From: Balanoglossus misakiensis
Taxonomy: Eukaryota; Animalia; Hemichordata
Length of the DNA: 64,000 nt
Assembly: GCA_040954595.2 (NCBI GenBank)
Contig: CM082597.2
Span: 9,517,778-9,581,777, forward strand
Reading direction: 5' to 3'
A model generated the notes under the pieces. The model did not search any database. It saw only the letters and a program-made list of their open reading frames with translations, and was not told the DNA's origin. Below, piece after piece: positions 13,601-24,639 of the stretch; the first letter of the stretch is position 1; each line of letters opens with the position of its first letter. The translations under genes and the position numbers were made by a program.

Positions 13601-16265
13601 TGATAAAAGGTCGTCTGTGTACGTCCGAAACGTTAGGAAGAATTAAAAGATTGTTTGGAAAGTAGCAGATGGTCTTGTCAAATACTTTTCACACCTCATA
13701 AAAATATTGTTAACTGTGTTGGTTCCATAAAAAATACTATCTTAAATTTTCTCCATAAACTGTAAAATGGGAAATTTTCGCAAACAATAAATGTTCGCGA
13801 ACTTCGTGATGGCCCAAAAAACGCGATAATATATAATTGCAAAGATAACAATGTGTACAATAATATGTTTTTCAAATATAAGAGAATGCGAAAATTAATC
13901 TTCACGGAATAGTGGCCTCTATTGATATCTCTTGAAATCTAGAAAACTTCCTTTCGCAAAAATTTCCTGTTTTACAGTAGCTACAAATGTAACACATAGA
14001 TTGACGCCCATTTTGAATTTCAAATTTGAGATAATGTTGCTCTTATTCAAAATTTGGTCTGTGATCCCTAAATATTATTCTCAACTTTAAGAAAGAATAG
14101 TTTAAAGTTTAAGGCTCTGATTTTCATGGAACATACTACCTTAACAAACATTAACTGATATTGTTGATCTCTGGTCATCTGAACTCATTACTAAAATGTT
14201 CATTGTTCGATGACAGTGATGAGGAGAATGAAGATGTAGAGGCATTGGTGTATCTGCCAATCTCACCTGAAGTTGATGAACCTGAAGAAGGTGGCTGGAC
14301 GCAACCTTCGGACCCAGTAAGTAGAATTAACAGTCTCTCTCTCTCTTGTACCAGTGCTGCCCAACAGTAGCAAAAACACTCTCTCTTCAAAGACTTGAAA
14401 CTTCAATTTCATATACAATGTAACTTATTTTTAATCCTCATATTTCTCAGACGGATGAGGCCAGCATAACGGCACAACAACAGGTTAAAAGAGCAGCATC
14501 AGTTGATCCACCAACGCCATCACCAAAGAAGAAAAAAGTCAGAACAGTGGATATTGAACTGGATGGTGCACCTATTGATGGTATGTTTACATTGGAATTA
14601 CATGCCTTAACCCTTTCATCCCCAGTTCCCTCTATAGGGGTCCAACTTTACTCTAGTAAACAATAGATTTGGACCAAACCATGGTGATGAAAGGGTTAAT
14701 TCAATAATAGCGACACCTTCACATTGAAAGTGATTTTTGCCATGATTGAGACAGAATATCCCCGACAAGTGTGAGAAATATGATCCCAGGTCCTTGGTGT
14801 GTGAGATTATTTTTCTCACACGGTCACAAATTAGCCAAATTCGTTAAAAACATTGAATAAATGACTCTGTAACTGTCGTCTGGGCATGTTGTAGTCTCTG
14901 TCCCTGTAATACACATCGCGCCATTGGATAACTTTTAGCGCGCGTTTGCAAATGAAGGCTTTTTCAACCAATCAGCGTTCGCCTCATATACAGCTTTCGA
15001 TTCAGCGAGAGTGTGAGAACAAATTGTTCTCACACTCTGTTCTCACACTCCCAGCGTGCCAGGAGTGTGAGAACAGCTGTTCTATTTAGTGTGTGTACAG
15101 CCCACATGCCATTGGCAGCTTATGGGTCAGTCAGTGTTTGCCTGTTGATCTCTCTATGTCTGTATATTTTCAAATCAAGGTGAAGAATTCAATAGTATAT
15201 TCTTTGGGTAATTTTTGGTCAAAACTCTTTCTCAGAACCCTCTACCCTAATTGCTTTTACTTCGATTTGAAGGTTCCTGGGTGTGTTCTCATGATGATTT
15301 TAATTTAAAACCTATAATGAAGAAAGTGTCAATGATTTGTGGGGGCAATATCTTGAATTTTGGGGGCATATTTGATTTTTAAAAATTACATTTCTAAATG
15401 GGACCACCGTGTCCTTGACGCGATTTTTAAATTTCTGGAATTTTTCGACTGTACTGATATTCTTTTTTGTCATAAATAAGTGTTTTCGTGATATACTATC
15501 AGGCAATATCATTTAATACACAATTAAAAGCATATCTGAGATTATTTAAAGCTTAAAAACTTGTTATTCAGTTGCAACTCATGGGGCTTTAATCAGATTG
15601 ATTTGACCTCAACCCATTCCGTCCCCTATAAGAAAGTGTAGAGACTGCAAATAGGCAACAGACAATGTTATAACACACCATGCAGAGAACCCTCGATCGT
15701 GATTCGTCAATACGCCGTCATGTGACCTTAGTCATTTCGAACTGTTCCCTAGGGCATCAGTTTGATCGGTTTCTGCCCGGTACTGTTGCCTGGATGTGGT
15801 GTGTGTCGTGTTTGGTGTGTTATAAAACACATGATTACTGACATATCTGGGCAATAGTGTATTTTTGATGACCTCGGGACTGCCAGTCACACCAAAACAG
15901 TCTGTTTTAGTTGTGACTAGCAGCGCCCTCGGTCATCAAAATACACTGGCTGGTTTAATAATGTAATATTGATACAATAATATTGCCTTTCAATTTCAAT
16001 GGCTGGTTTAATAATGTAATATTGATACAATAATATTGCCTTTCAATTTCTCTCTTTCTTAGAAATTCATCCTCTTCTGAATTCCAAAGGGGACAGCAAA
16101 TCCCGGAAAAAGAATGCTCAAAGGCAAAGTGGAAGAAGTAGCAAGAAAGATGGAAAACTGAAATCAAAGGACAGATCCAAATCTCGAGAATCACATAGAC
16201 AAACTGAGAATAGATTTGACGGAACTGATATCACATCAAAGGAAGACGTTCAAAATGAAACCTAG
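1643..16265 (+). CDS. RBBP5: Retinoblastoma-binding protein 5 (WD40 subunit of SET1/MLL COMPASS WRAD module), 14 coding exons, 531 aa
   Basis: Spliced translation [33 protein letters not shown]...[15 protein letters not shown]...[29 protein letters not shown]...[21 protein letters not shown] matches RBBP5 as I know it. All introns are GT-AG with consistent phases. Exon lengths sum to 1596 nt (532 codons). Confidence 0.97.
1749..1774 (+). CDS. RBBP5: RBBP5 exon 2 (ESFGQNYPE)
   Basis: tttcag| acceptor, |gtgagt donor, conserved peptide. Confidence 0.93.
2397..2784. mobile_element. TTAA-target MITE (Kolobok-like AG termini)
   Basis: ttaa-AGGGGAAATCCGG...CCAGATTTCCCCT-ttaa; same family as 53387-57718. 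Confidence 0.75.
2822..3135 (+). repeat. Single arm of the GGCTAGTTATAC foldback family
   Basis: Close similarity to 43620-43915 and 51996-52305. Confidence 0.75.
4005..4731. mobile_element. piggyBac-like MITE copy interrupted by a TTAA-target MITE (4053-4468)
   Basis: Outer parts match 10753-11036. Inner element is ttaa-GGCCAGGAAGAAAAAA...TTTTTTCTTCCTGGC-ttaa, with a partial copy at ~50646-50875. Confidence 0.75.
4875..5047 (+). CDS. RBBP5: RBBP5 exon 3
   Basis: [57 protein letters not shown]; ag/gtaag boundaries. Confidence 0.95.
5448..5588 (+). CDS. RBBP5: RBBP5 exon 4
   Basis: [46 protein letters not shown]; ag/gtaagt boundaries. Confidence 0.95.
6310..6397 (+). CDS. RBBP5: RBBP5 exon 5
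   Basis: [29 protein letters not shown]; ag/gtaagt boundaries. Confidence 0.93.
6411..6537 (+). repeat. Truncated copy of the piggyBac-like MITE
   Basis: ttaa-CCCTAATGCTACTGGGTGTC... matches the left end of 10753-11036. Confidence 0.7.
7205..7276 (+). CDS. RBBP5: RBBP5 exon 6
   Basis: [24 protein letters not shown]. Confidence 0.93.
7387..7594. mobile_element. Tc1/mariner-type MITE
   Basis: TIRs CTGTAAAACACTTTATTTTCGCGAG / CTCGCGAAAATAAAGTGTTTTACAG followed by TA; related copy at ~13760-13977. Confidence 0.7.
7820..7929 (+). CDS. RBBP5: RBBP5 exon 7
   Basis: [36 protein letters not shown]. Confidence 0.94.
7979..8289. mobile_element. AcademH-type non-autonomous element
   Basis: TAGTCTCGGTTACCCAGA...CTGGTTAACCAAGACTA termini; 9-bp flanks gtgcagacc / gtgctgacc. 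Confidence 0.7.
8879..9310. mobile_element. Hairpin plus IR-spacer element A
   Basis: Hairpin 8879-9063; inverted repeats 9064-9084 / 9290-9310. Confidence 0.7.
9459..9746 (+). repeat. Dispersed ~290-bp repeat family (further copies at ~58899-59206 inverted and ~60469-60736)
   Basis: attctttactatcaatcacgtgatctgg...ctgacgtcat.tgatatcgaagaat; three copies in the window with short ATTCTT/AAGAAT termini. Confidence 0.75.
9836..10008 (+). CDS. RBBP5: RBBP5 exon 8
   Basis: [57 protein letters not shown]. Confidence 0.95.
10118..10385 (-). mobile_element. SINE-like fragment with (ATT)n tail
   Basis: (AAT)n run on +, followed by caggtacccatt...aagtgccttgcc-aaggacacaac, a SINE-type core read in reverse; similar tail fragment at ~2273-2375. 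Confidence 0.5.
10447..10619 (+). CDS. RBBP5: RBBP5 exon 9
   Basis: [57 protein letters not shown]. Confidence 0.95.
10753..11036. mobile_element. piggyBac-like MITE, intact
   Basis: ttaa-CCCTAATGCT...AGCGTTAGGG-ttaa. Confidence 0.8.
11095..11212 (+). CDS. RBBP5: RBBP5 exon 10
   Basis: [39 protein letters not shown]. Confidence 0.95.
11953..12022 (+). CDS. RBBP5: RBBP5 exon 11 (WDR5-binding EEVDVT motif)
   Basis: [22 protein letters not shown]. Confidence 0.93.
12701..13344. mobile_element. IR-spacer plus hairpin element B
   Basis: Inverted repeats ttatcatacatgc 12701-12713 / 13187-13199; hairpin 13200-13344. Confidence 0.7.
14217..14316 (+). CDS. RBBP5: RBBP5 exon 12
   Basis: [33 protein letters not shown]; |gtaagt donor. 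Confidence 0.92.
14451..14580 (+). CDS. RBBP5: RBBP5 exon 13
   Basis: [43 protein letters not shown], with an NLS-like basic run. Confidence 0.88.
14611..14695. mobile_element. Minimal piggyBac-like MITE (85 bp)
   Basis: ttaa-CCCTTTCATC...GATGAAAGGG-ttaa. Confidence 0.7.
15669..15947. mobile_element. IR-spacer plus hairpin element C
   Basis: Inverted repeats ttataacacacca (~15669) / tggtgtgttataa (~15813); hairpin 15856-15947. Confidence 0.6.
15947..16050 (+). repeat. Tandem duplication of ~51 bp before the last RBBP5 acceptor
   Basis: tggctggtttaataatgtaatattgatacaataatattgcctttcaatttc occurs twice. Confidence 0.85.
16063..16265 (+). CDS. RBBP5: RBBP5 exon 14 (last coding)
   Basis: [16 protein letters not shown]...QNET*; resembles the vertebrate EVHPLLGVKGDGKSKKK segment; stop TAG at 16263-16265. 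Confidence 0.88.
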
Positions 16266-17032
16266 AATTTGGATTTCTGACGTGGTAGACTGTATGTTGT
16301 AATATATTGAGGAGTGATTGTCACATGTGGAAGACTACAAGTTGTTTTATGCTGAAGACTAGCAGTGGTTACGTGTAGAAGACAGACCTTCGTGGGAATA
16401 TGCCATGTGTAGTTGGCACAACTGGAAAACTGGGTTCGTCATGTGTGCTGCCCTCTTGTAGTGCAGTGAATAACTTTGTGATGTGAAAATACCTGCAATG
16501 TTGTACTGCCCTCTAGTGGCAGGCCAAACTGATCCTGACTTTTATGTGAACATTTGTGGAATTCAACTGTATGTATCTGTACATTATGATCAATATGGGG
16601 ATATTGCATAGATTCTAACTATATGAATGAGTACATTCTGTTTTCCATCATAGGCTAGTGGGAAAATCTTGGTGTGTTTCCTAGCTGTAGAGTCAGACAT
16701 ATTTTTATCATTGTAGATTTTTCTGGCAGCAAATTTATTTGTCGTATGACAATGAGTAACTGAGCTGACAGGACACAAAAATGTGTTTCATAGTTGTGCA
16801 TGTGCATTGATGTAGATAAAGGCCCATGTTTGTCATTTCGCAGTCCATTTTCTGAAATTTGCCGTACAAAAAAAAAAAAAATTGTGTACTGTAGTTCACC
16901 CAATTATTTTAACCATGTGCATAACTCCATGTTAGTTGCATTCTTAGAATTACTGCAGATATTAGCAGTTACATGAAAGGGCTTTTTTGAAAGAGAATCT
17001 AGGTGTGGGACATTCAGCATTTCTGACATTGA

Positions 17033-17038
17033 AATAAA
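17033..17038 (+). terminator. Candidate RBBP5 polyadenylation signal
   Basis: AATAAA about 770 nt after the stop, followed by T/GT-rich sequence. Confidence 0.45.
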
Positions 17039-17102
17039 TTATTTTTAAGAAAATATTAAACATTTGCAGTGTGTTTAATTTTATATTGGTAGTGGTTATA
17101 AA

Positions 17103-17827
17103 GGTGGCGTTGCATGAAAAGTTGTGATTTTTGCCAAATTTTACTTTTTTACATAAATCGGTAGGTCTAATACGGATCCACATTCTGACAAATGCGTCTT
17201 GGCGGAAATGGTGCATAATCACCCAAAAATAGCAATTTTCTGAATGAGTCCACAGCTTAAAAAATAGGTGTCAGCAATGCAAATTGCCGTTTTTCTCAGT
17301 TTGCATTTTCGCTGCTTTTGACAACTTCAGAAGAATTTAGCTTCGCTCTGCGTTGGCCGAATTTGCTCAAATTTTAACAGGGGATTGTGTATGATTGTGT
17401 ATTTTTTTAGTCGATAAAGTGTCTCTGGCGGGACTAAACTCTGATTCAATACAACTCATCGTGAATTTGATCAAATTTTCTGAAAATCTAACTTTCAAAC
17501 GCTGTTACTCCTCAATGGAAGCAGATAACACAAAACAATTGTCGTTTTTTGGCACATGTACTCTAGTTTCGAATGACATATTAAGATGCAGCCATGATGC
17601 ATGGTCAACTTTTTTACCTAATTTCAATTGAATGACATATCAAAAAATGTTTTTTTTTTTAAATCCAAAAACGCCACCATTTCCGGGGATCAATAATATA
17701 TGCAACTCAAACAAAAGTTCAAAAACTCAGCTTCCAGAATATATATATAGTTTATAGGGGTTTTAATGTTGTCATTGATGAGAAATAGGCCTCTGAAAAA
17801 GTCTTGATGGTTTCATGCAATGCCAAC
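17103..17827 (-). mobile_element. ~730-bp TTAA-target (Kolobok-like) MITE, copy 1
   Basis: GGTGGCGTTGCATGAAA...TTTCATGCAATGCCAAC; reverse complement of 21679-22412. Confidence 0.8.
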
Positions 17828-18499
17828 TTAACTTTGGCATTGAGTCGATCAGTGAGCTGGGAAAAAATTCCAGATTGGAAACTGTAATACATGTGTACTT
17901 GAACTATCAAAGCAGCCATCTTTTTTGCATGTCCAACATTTTTGGTGGCTTGATTCATAAACAAAAATTCTCAATTGTATAAACCCTTGCTTTTATCTAA
18001 CTTTCATTATTAAGAATTGAGCCTTCATTCTTGTTAGGTCCCATTTGGTATACGTATATATACACCATGTCACATTATGAAAAAAGTTATAGGATCGATT
18101 GTGTCTGGATGGATGCCTATGTCTGTATGTCTGTCTGTCTGTTCACATCAAAATCTTGGAAACTGCTGGGCATATCACCTTGGTATTTGGTGTGCTGATG
18201 CTTTCCACAGTTCCTTGTATCAAATATAATAATCTAAATTTATTTTGGTGTTTTACAGTTGTTATTTGGTGGGTGAGATTATCTGTATTGACGGCCATTT
18301 TGAAAAAATGAAAAAAAAAATGGTTCCAATTGAAAATCTTCAACAGATATTTAGTGGCTCGCTATCTGAATTTGTTTAGTACACATTAACACATCTGAGC
18401 CAAGTTTGGTGCTTGTATCACAAAATGCACTATCGATCGGTTATGCCGCTCCACTAAAAGGAGGAAAGAGGTACAATGTAATACCCTTACGTCAGATCA

Positions 18500-19870
18500 G
18501 TTAAAGAGCTCTTCTTCAAGACTTGTGATTTGGTTCAGAAACACCTAAAAGGACACAACAGAACATGAAAACCAATTACGATAAATCTTGTAAAGAACGG
18601 CATTTTGAACCGGGTGATAATGTGTTAGTTTTGCTACCAATAAGAAGGAATCCTTTGTCCGCTAAGTATAGTGGTCAATATCAAGTGGAGAAGAAGGTAA
18701 ACTAAGTCGTTATCACTCCCGATCGATGCAAGACCCGTAGAGTATGTCACGTTAATATGCTCAAACGTTATTACTGTAGAGATGGTGAGTCTATTTGTCA
18801 GTCAAGGTGCACCACTGTGGTAGCAGATGAATTTGTCTATGTTGAATCACAACTGCCAAGAGTTCCCAAAAGATGAAATTGTCAAATTCAGAAATTCTCA
18901 TGGATTTACCAGCAAAACTTTCACATTTACGAGAGAGTAAAATAAATGACGCCATTGATCTAATTAACCAGCACCCATCTATCTTTTGTAATGAACCTGG
19001 TTGTACTTCACTTACCACACATGATATTGACGTGGGTCACGCAACACCCCTACAGAGTAAATCCCACTGAAGTAAGCGAAGAGGTTGAATACATGTTGGA
19101 ATACAAACTCATTGAACCAAGTGAAAACAGCTAAAGTTCCCCTATCATACTTGTACCAAAGGGAGATGGAGGTGTAAGAATTTGTGTGGACTTTCGTAAA
19201 GTCAATGAAGTGACCCGTACAGATACCTACCCTTTACCACAAATTGGAAAGTCTACATATGTAACCAAGATAGATCTTCAAAAGGGTTACTGGCAGGTAG
19301 CGTTAACAGATAGAGCCAAGGAAATCTCGGCATTTGCCACACCTGATGGAGTATACCAGTTTAGGGTCATGCCCTTTTTGCCTGAAAAACGCCCCCGCTA
19401 CTTTCCAACGATTAATGAATATAATAAGGTCGTAGTTGGTTTGAATTGTTGTGCCGTATATCTTGATGATCTTTTGATATACAGTATGCCATGGGATGAT
19501 CATATGAATAATGTATCTGTAATATTTAATAAACTTGAAGATGCTGGTCTTGTAATAAATTTGCTGAAAAGTGAGTTCGCCAAAGCCGAAGTTACTTATC
19601 TCGGACATCACATAGGACACGGTAAAGTGGTGCCGCAGCAGTGCAAAGTTCAGGCCATAGTTCAAATTCCTCCTCCCGGTACAAAGCGAGAACTTATGGG
19701 GTTCTTGGGGATGGCTGGATTTTATAGGAAATGTTGTGCAATCTACAGTACTATCGTGGCCCCACTTACTCCTGAAAAAGAAAGTAAACTTTAAGTGGTC
19801 CGACTCTTGACAGGATGCTTTCGTCAATTTGATCAACAATCCTGTGTTGGTAACCCCGGATTTTTCTCTA
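18500..19870 (+). mobile_element. Degraded Gypsy pol fragment, Gmr1-type domain order (INT C-terminus before RT)
   Basis: FEPGDNVLVLLP...HVNMLKRY (integrase C-terminal GPY/F region), then DFRKVN, IDLQKGYWQV, YLDDLLI, YLGH (RT); contains stops and frameshifts. Confidence 0.85.
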
Positions 19871-19904
19871 GCTACAGTCGCTTTGATTTCTCAAGTTTTA
19901 GTCT

Positions 19905-20645
19905 TAATTAATTCCTTTCTATCTGACTTGGGAGATGTCTCTTAGCAACCTGTTTAGATTGTTCAAATACGAATACAGCTTATGAGACATTTTATGAACT
20001 CTTTGAAAATGTAGGTTTGAAACATGCGCCAAGAAAGCTAGTCAAATGCCCAAATGGCGTCGTGTAGAAACCATGGTTGACAAAAGGTATCCTTACTTCA
20101 ATTCGTAAAAAAACACGTCCTTTTCTCGAAATGAATAATGGCATTCATCAACATTATAAAAGCTACAGGAATTTTTGACTAAAATTTTGAATTTGGCCAA
20201 AAAGCGTTACTTTTATGACAAATTTGCCCTGGCTAGGGGTAACTCTGGTAAAACTTGGCAGGTGATCAATGAACTTTTAAATAAAAATAACAGAAACGGT
20301 GTTACACCATGAAATAAGTTAAATATGGAAAATCGTCATGACACCGCAACAAATTCTATTTCTAGCGACATTGCTTTAGCGTTTTGTTTTTATTTCACAA
20401 ATATCGAACCCAAACTTGCAGCGAAAATAACAAATAATGTCGATTTTCACAAATACCATTCTTGGAATTTTAATTTATTGGTACCGAAATCAATCATTTC
20501 GAGTAAGATGGGGTTCGGTTATCTCTGATACCTTTCCCATCTATAATGGTGTTAAACAATTAGGAATAATATCCCCCCATTTATTCAATATCTACATGGA
20601 CGATCTGAGCAACTTACGTTGTGAAACAAACATTGGTTGCCATAT
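19905..20645 (+). mobile_element. Non-LTR retrotransposon fragments (CR1/L2-like linker plus an RT piece)
   Basis: KPWLTKGIL..., YRNFLTKIL..AKKRYF..., KTWQVINELL; NGVKQLGIISPHLFNIYMDDL. Confidence 0.7.
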
Positions 20646-21519
20646 TGCTACCTCATCGGCTTCTGTGGGGAATCACGTCCGAAGGCTGAGAGTGTAAGTT
20701 TGTGTCATCGGTTCTCAAAATCAGGCCGACCCCCCCTTCACCCAGGACCAAAAAATGATGACCCCCCCCCCCTTTGACAGACCCAAAAATATGATGACCC
20801 CCCCCCCCCCCCACGCCCAAAACATTCGCCGTCCTGATCCTATGTACACTGTATGCAATAAAGGAATGAGGCTCCTCACACCTCAATTATATATTTCTTA
20901 AAGTATTATTGAAGTATATAATAGTATATCGTTGCAATAAAGAAATCTATGAACAAATTAAAATGACAAGTCAATACAATAGTTGCTAGAATCGGTAAAA
21001 CAAGAAAAGTGGCGGGGGTGGGCGTGGGAGGGGGTGTCCCCCTCTCACATAAGAAAATTTTGTAAAATACGGTGCTCAAAGTTGCAATTTAATGAACTCA
21101 AATTAAAGCAAATTAACTCAATGACAAATTTTAATTTTGCCGTTCGACTCAAAGTAAGCATCGGGGATGGGGTGGCAAGAAGTCTTCCCTGGTACACTAG
21201 ACAAACCAGTGAATAATTGCAATGTGGCGAAGAATGGAGGGGGTGGGTGTGGGAGGGGGTTTTGCCACTCCGTTTTGCCACTCCACTCAAAGTTAGAATC
21301 TATATGTTCCTTGTCGCAATTTAAGGTCAGCTGATCAGTCAAACTCTGCCCTGTTCGATCACGCACCAAGAGTTATGGTGTCCCCCTCCCACATAAGAAA
21401 AATTTGTAAAATATGTAGCGCAAAGTTGCATTTTAATGAACTCAAAAGCAAATTATCTCAATGTTTGGAAGGACCAATTTTACGTTTTGCCACTCCACTC
21501 AAAGTTAGAATCTATATGT

Positions 21520-22551
21520 TCCTTGTCGCAATTTAAGGTCAGCTGATCAGTTCAAACTCTGCCCTGTTCGATCACGCACCAAGAGTTATGGTGATCGTGC
21601 TGTTACTGTTGCTGCTCCAATTCTTTGGAATAATCTTCCACTCACCATTCGCCAGGCACCAGACTTATCTGTTTTTAAGGTGGCATTGCATGAAACCGTC
21701 GAGACTTTTTCAGAGGCCTATTTCTCATCAAAGACAAAGTTAAAACCCCCATAAACCATATATATTCTGGAAGCTGAGATTTTGAACTTTTGTTTGAGTT
21801 GCAAATATTATTGATCCACGGAAATGGTGGCGATTTTGGGTGAAAAATTTTTTTTTTGATATTATGTCATGAAATTTAAAATAGGTAAAAAAGTTGACCA
21901 TGCATCATGCATCTTAATATGTCATCCGAAACAAGAGTACACGTGCAAAAAAAACGGTAATTTTGTTTTGCGTTATCTGCTTCCATTGAGGAGTAACATC
22001 GTTTGAAAGTTAGATTTTTAGTAAAATTTGATCAAATTCACGGTGAGTTGTATTGAATCAAAGTTTATTCCCGCCAGGGACACTTTATCGACTAACAAAA
22101 ATACCGTTTTGTTGGATGGGTCATACACAATCCCCAGTTAAAATTTGAGCAAATTCGGCCAACGCAGAGCGAAGCTATTTTCGTCTGAAGTTGTCAAGAG
22201 CAGCGAAAATGCAAACTGAGAAAAACGGCCATTTGCATTGTTGACACCTATTTGTTAAGCTGTGAACTCATTCAGAAAAGTGCTATTTTGGGGTGATTAT
22301 GCACCATTTCCGCCAAGACGTATTAGTCAGGGTGTGGGTCAGTATAAGGCCTACCGATTTATGTAAAAAAGTAAAATTTGGCAAAAATCACAACTTTTCA
22401 TGCAATGCCACCTTAAATCAAATGTTAAAACTTTACTTTTTAAATCTGTTTTTTAGCCATTTGTTGTATTGTATTTTTGCTTTAAGCGTCATTGATCACA
22501 TTTTTTTGTGGATATTGACGCTATATAAATAAATTATTATTATTATTATTA
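21520..22551 (+). mobile_element. CR1/L2-like 3' end with (TTA)n tail, split by MITE copy 2
   Basis: AAPILWNNLPLTIR...FK / NVKTLLF on either side of the TTAA target; aataaa and (tta)n at ~22528-22551. Confidence 0.7.
21679..22412 (+). mobile_element. ~730-bp TTAA-target (Kolobok-like) MITE, copy 2
   Basis: ttaa-GGTGGCATTGCATGAAA...TTTCATGCAATGCCACC-ttaa. Confidence 0.85.
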
Positions 22552-22554
22552 TAC

Positions 22555-22840
22555 CTAATTTGACAAACCCAAAGGGCGAGGATTTTCCGTTGTCTTGAAT
22601 AAGAACCAAATAGGAATCCAACTTTTTGGCCCAATTTTTGGGTACCCTCCGCTGACTTTTGAAGTACTTACTGAAGTACTTACATAACGTAGAAGTTCAC
22701 TTTTGGTTGTTGTGTTTGTACTTGTAGGACATCCATTTCGGGTGGTTGCTTACTTCCCCATATCTCCACATCCAGAGCAAATACAGCCTACGCATTTGAA
22801 TGGTACAACCGGTCAACCCTGAATGGAGTCTAATGGTTAT
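22555..22840 (+). repeat. Dispersed repeat (inverted copy at ~54359-54622)
   Basis: ctaatttgacaaa...ccctgaatggagtctaatggttat is shared. Confidence 0.75.
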
Positions 22841-23310
22841 TATCTCTATGCGTGGGCCCCTTCAATGCTGCTTGCAGCTTTAATTAGTCTTGTATTTTTT
22901 TCTGTAACGATGTTAAACATTTTTGTTTTGTTTTGTGTCTGTTATTTAAAAAATGTTTTACTTTATTGTATTTTATCAATGAGCACTCGAAATAATAACA
23001 ACGTGAACGTCATTAGATAGACCGGTTGGCCGTTCACCCCTGCATAGAATAGTGTGCGTCTTGTTGTTTTGTTGGCCACTAGAGATATTGGGACAAGTTC
23101 TTGTTGTTTCAAATACCTTGTTTCCGTCGTTATCTGTTTTACGTCATTTGAGGCATTGGCGTTACAGTGACTATGTGTGTGAGTGTCGAAACGCGACGAA
23201 AAATAACCCGTCTTGGAATTAAATCACAGCATCGCAGTTCTTCACAAAGCGAATCAATACATAAACAAATGCAGTGCACTGTTTTTACGATAGCTCCCCA
23301 GTGTTTAGAT

Positions 23311-23407
23311 GCAATGATTGTAGCAGGTGCTGCTAGGTTGACTGGTGTGTTCGTAGGGCTGCGAACACACCAGTCAACCTAGCAGCACCTTCTCCTACAA
23401 TCATTGC
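23311..23407. repeat. Near-perfect palindrome of two joined terminal repeats of the 127-692 family
   Basis: gcaatgattgtagcaggtgctgctaggttgactggtgtgttcg-taggg-ctgcgaacacaccagtcaacctagcagcacct...acaatcattgc. Confidence 0.85.
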
Positions 23408-24639
23408 GGCAGTTACCACGGTCAGTGACCGTGCAGCTAACCAGTGTGTACCGATGTCTAAAGGTCACTGGAGAGTTTTCAAATAAGCGAACAACACACA
23501 CACAAGTACACGCCTATTGAGTATATGTTTATGTATAGGCGCGCTACCATAGCGACGTAGTCAACTGAATAGGCGCCATTTTAACTTTTGAAATGCAACA
23601 GAGCATGAGGAAACAGAGTGCATATTAGACTATTAGCAATACGCCATTACCTGCAATAGTGCACGCAGACAGGCCTCTGTTTACTACTGTCGTTTTCCGC
23701 TCACTCCACGGTAAATTGAGGACTTACTGACGTTACTCCGTTGTGCTGTAGCCGAGTAAGTAGGTCTATAAGCCTAAGTCTTTAAATGCTATGTACTCAA
23801 TTAGATAATCAATAACATTTAAGCCCTACGTGTCGATATATCAATCGTTGAATTGTCGAGAAATGCAAAGGCGTTTTACATTTGTTGACCTTCTCATGAG
23901 CTGAGTTAGCACTAATACCTTGGAGCGAACTTCTGTTTTGTTGAATGTTAGCCAATTCTTTGAATGAAATACTAGTATCAAGCCTTGCTTGAAATTATCA
24001 TGTGACATCGTCCAATAAGACTTAAATGAACCGATTTGTCAGTTCTTATTTTATCAATGACAATATATAAAGCGTTATGGACACCACACGGGGTTGGATA
24101 CAAACACAAAACGGTCATATATCTTCTTTTACCGCCATGATACTATGATGACACACTTGTGCCTACCTTGATACGTAAAGTCTGTTGGCTATATCATGTG
24201 TATCTATAATTATTAATTCAGCAACCTTTGGTTGTCCCGTTAATGGCGTGTAAGTTTAGGGCCTAAAGGGAACGAACAAATATTAACTAGGGAGTGAGCT
24301 GGTAGACAATGCAGCCTTTAAAAAACAGTACCAGGCATATAGTACAGGGGGTTATGGAAACGAACATGAGAAAAACCAGGGATTCAAATTTGTTGGTACC
24401 GAGAATAGCCGTTACACTCTTAAAGAATCAATCGACGATGCGACAATTCGATTAGCCTAGTCATGTTTTCATTACCCCGCTCCTATCGTACGATCAATTT
24501 GGCACTGTCGTCCACATTTCATGCACCTAGCCTATGAATCCGGAGAGTTAATAGCACATCTGAATGGTTTTGTTTTACGTATTTTGCAGGGTACCAATAT
24601 TTTGTCATATATATACAGTTGGGGAACACTTAACAGACC

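Noticed and set aside
19303-19839. 178-aa minus-strand ORF (and likewise 27556-28023)
   Set aside because: Antisense shadows of retroelement RT sequence.
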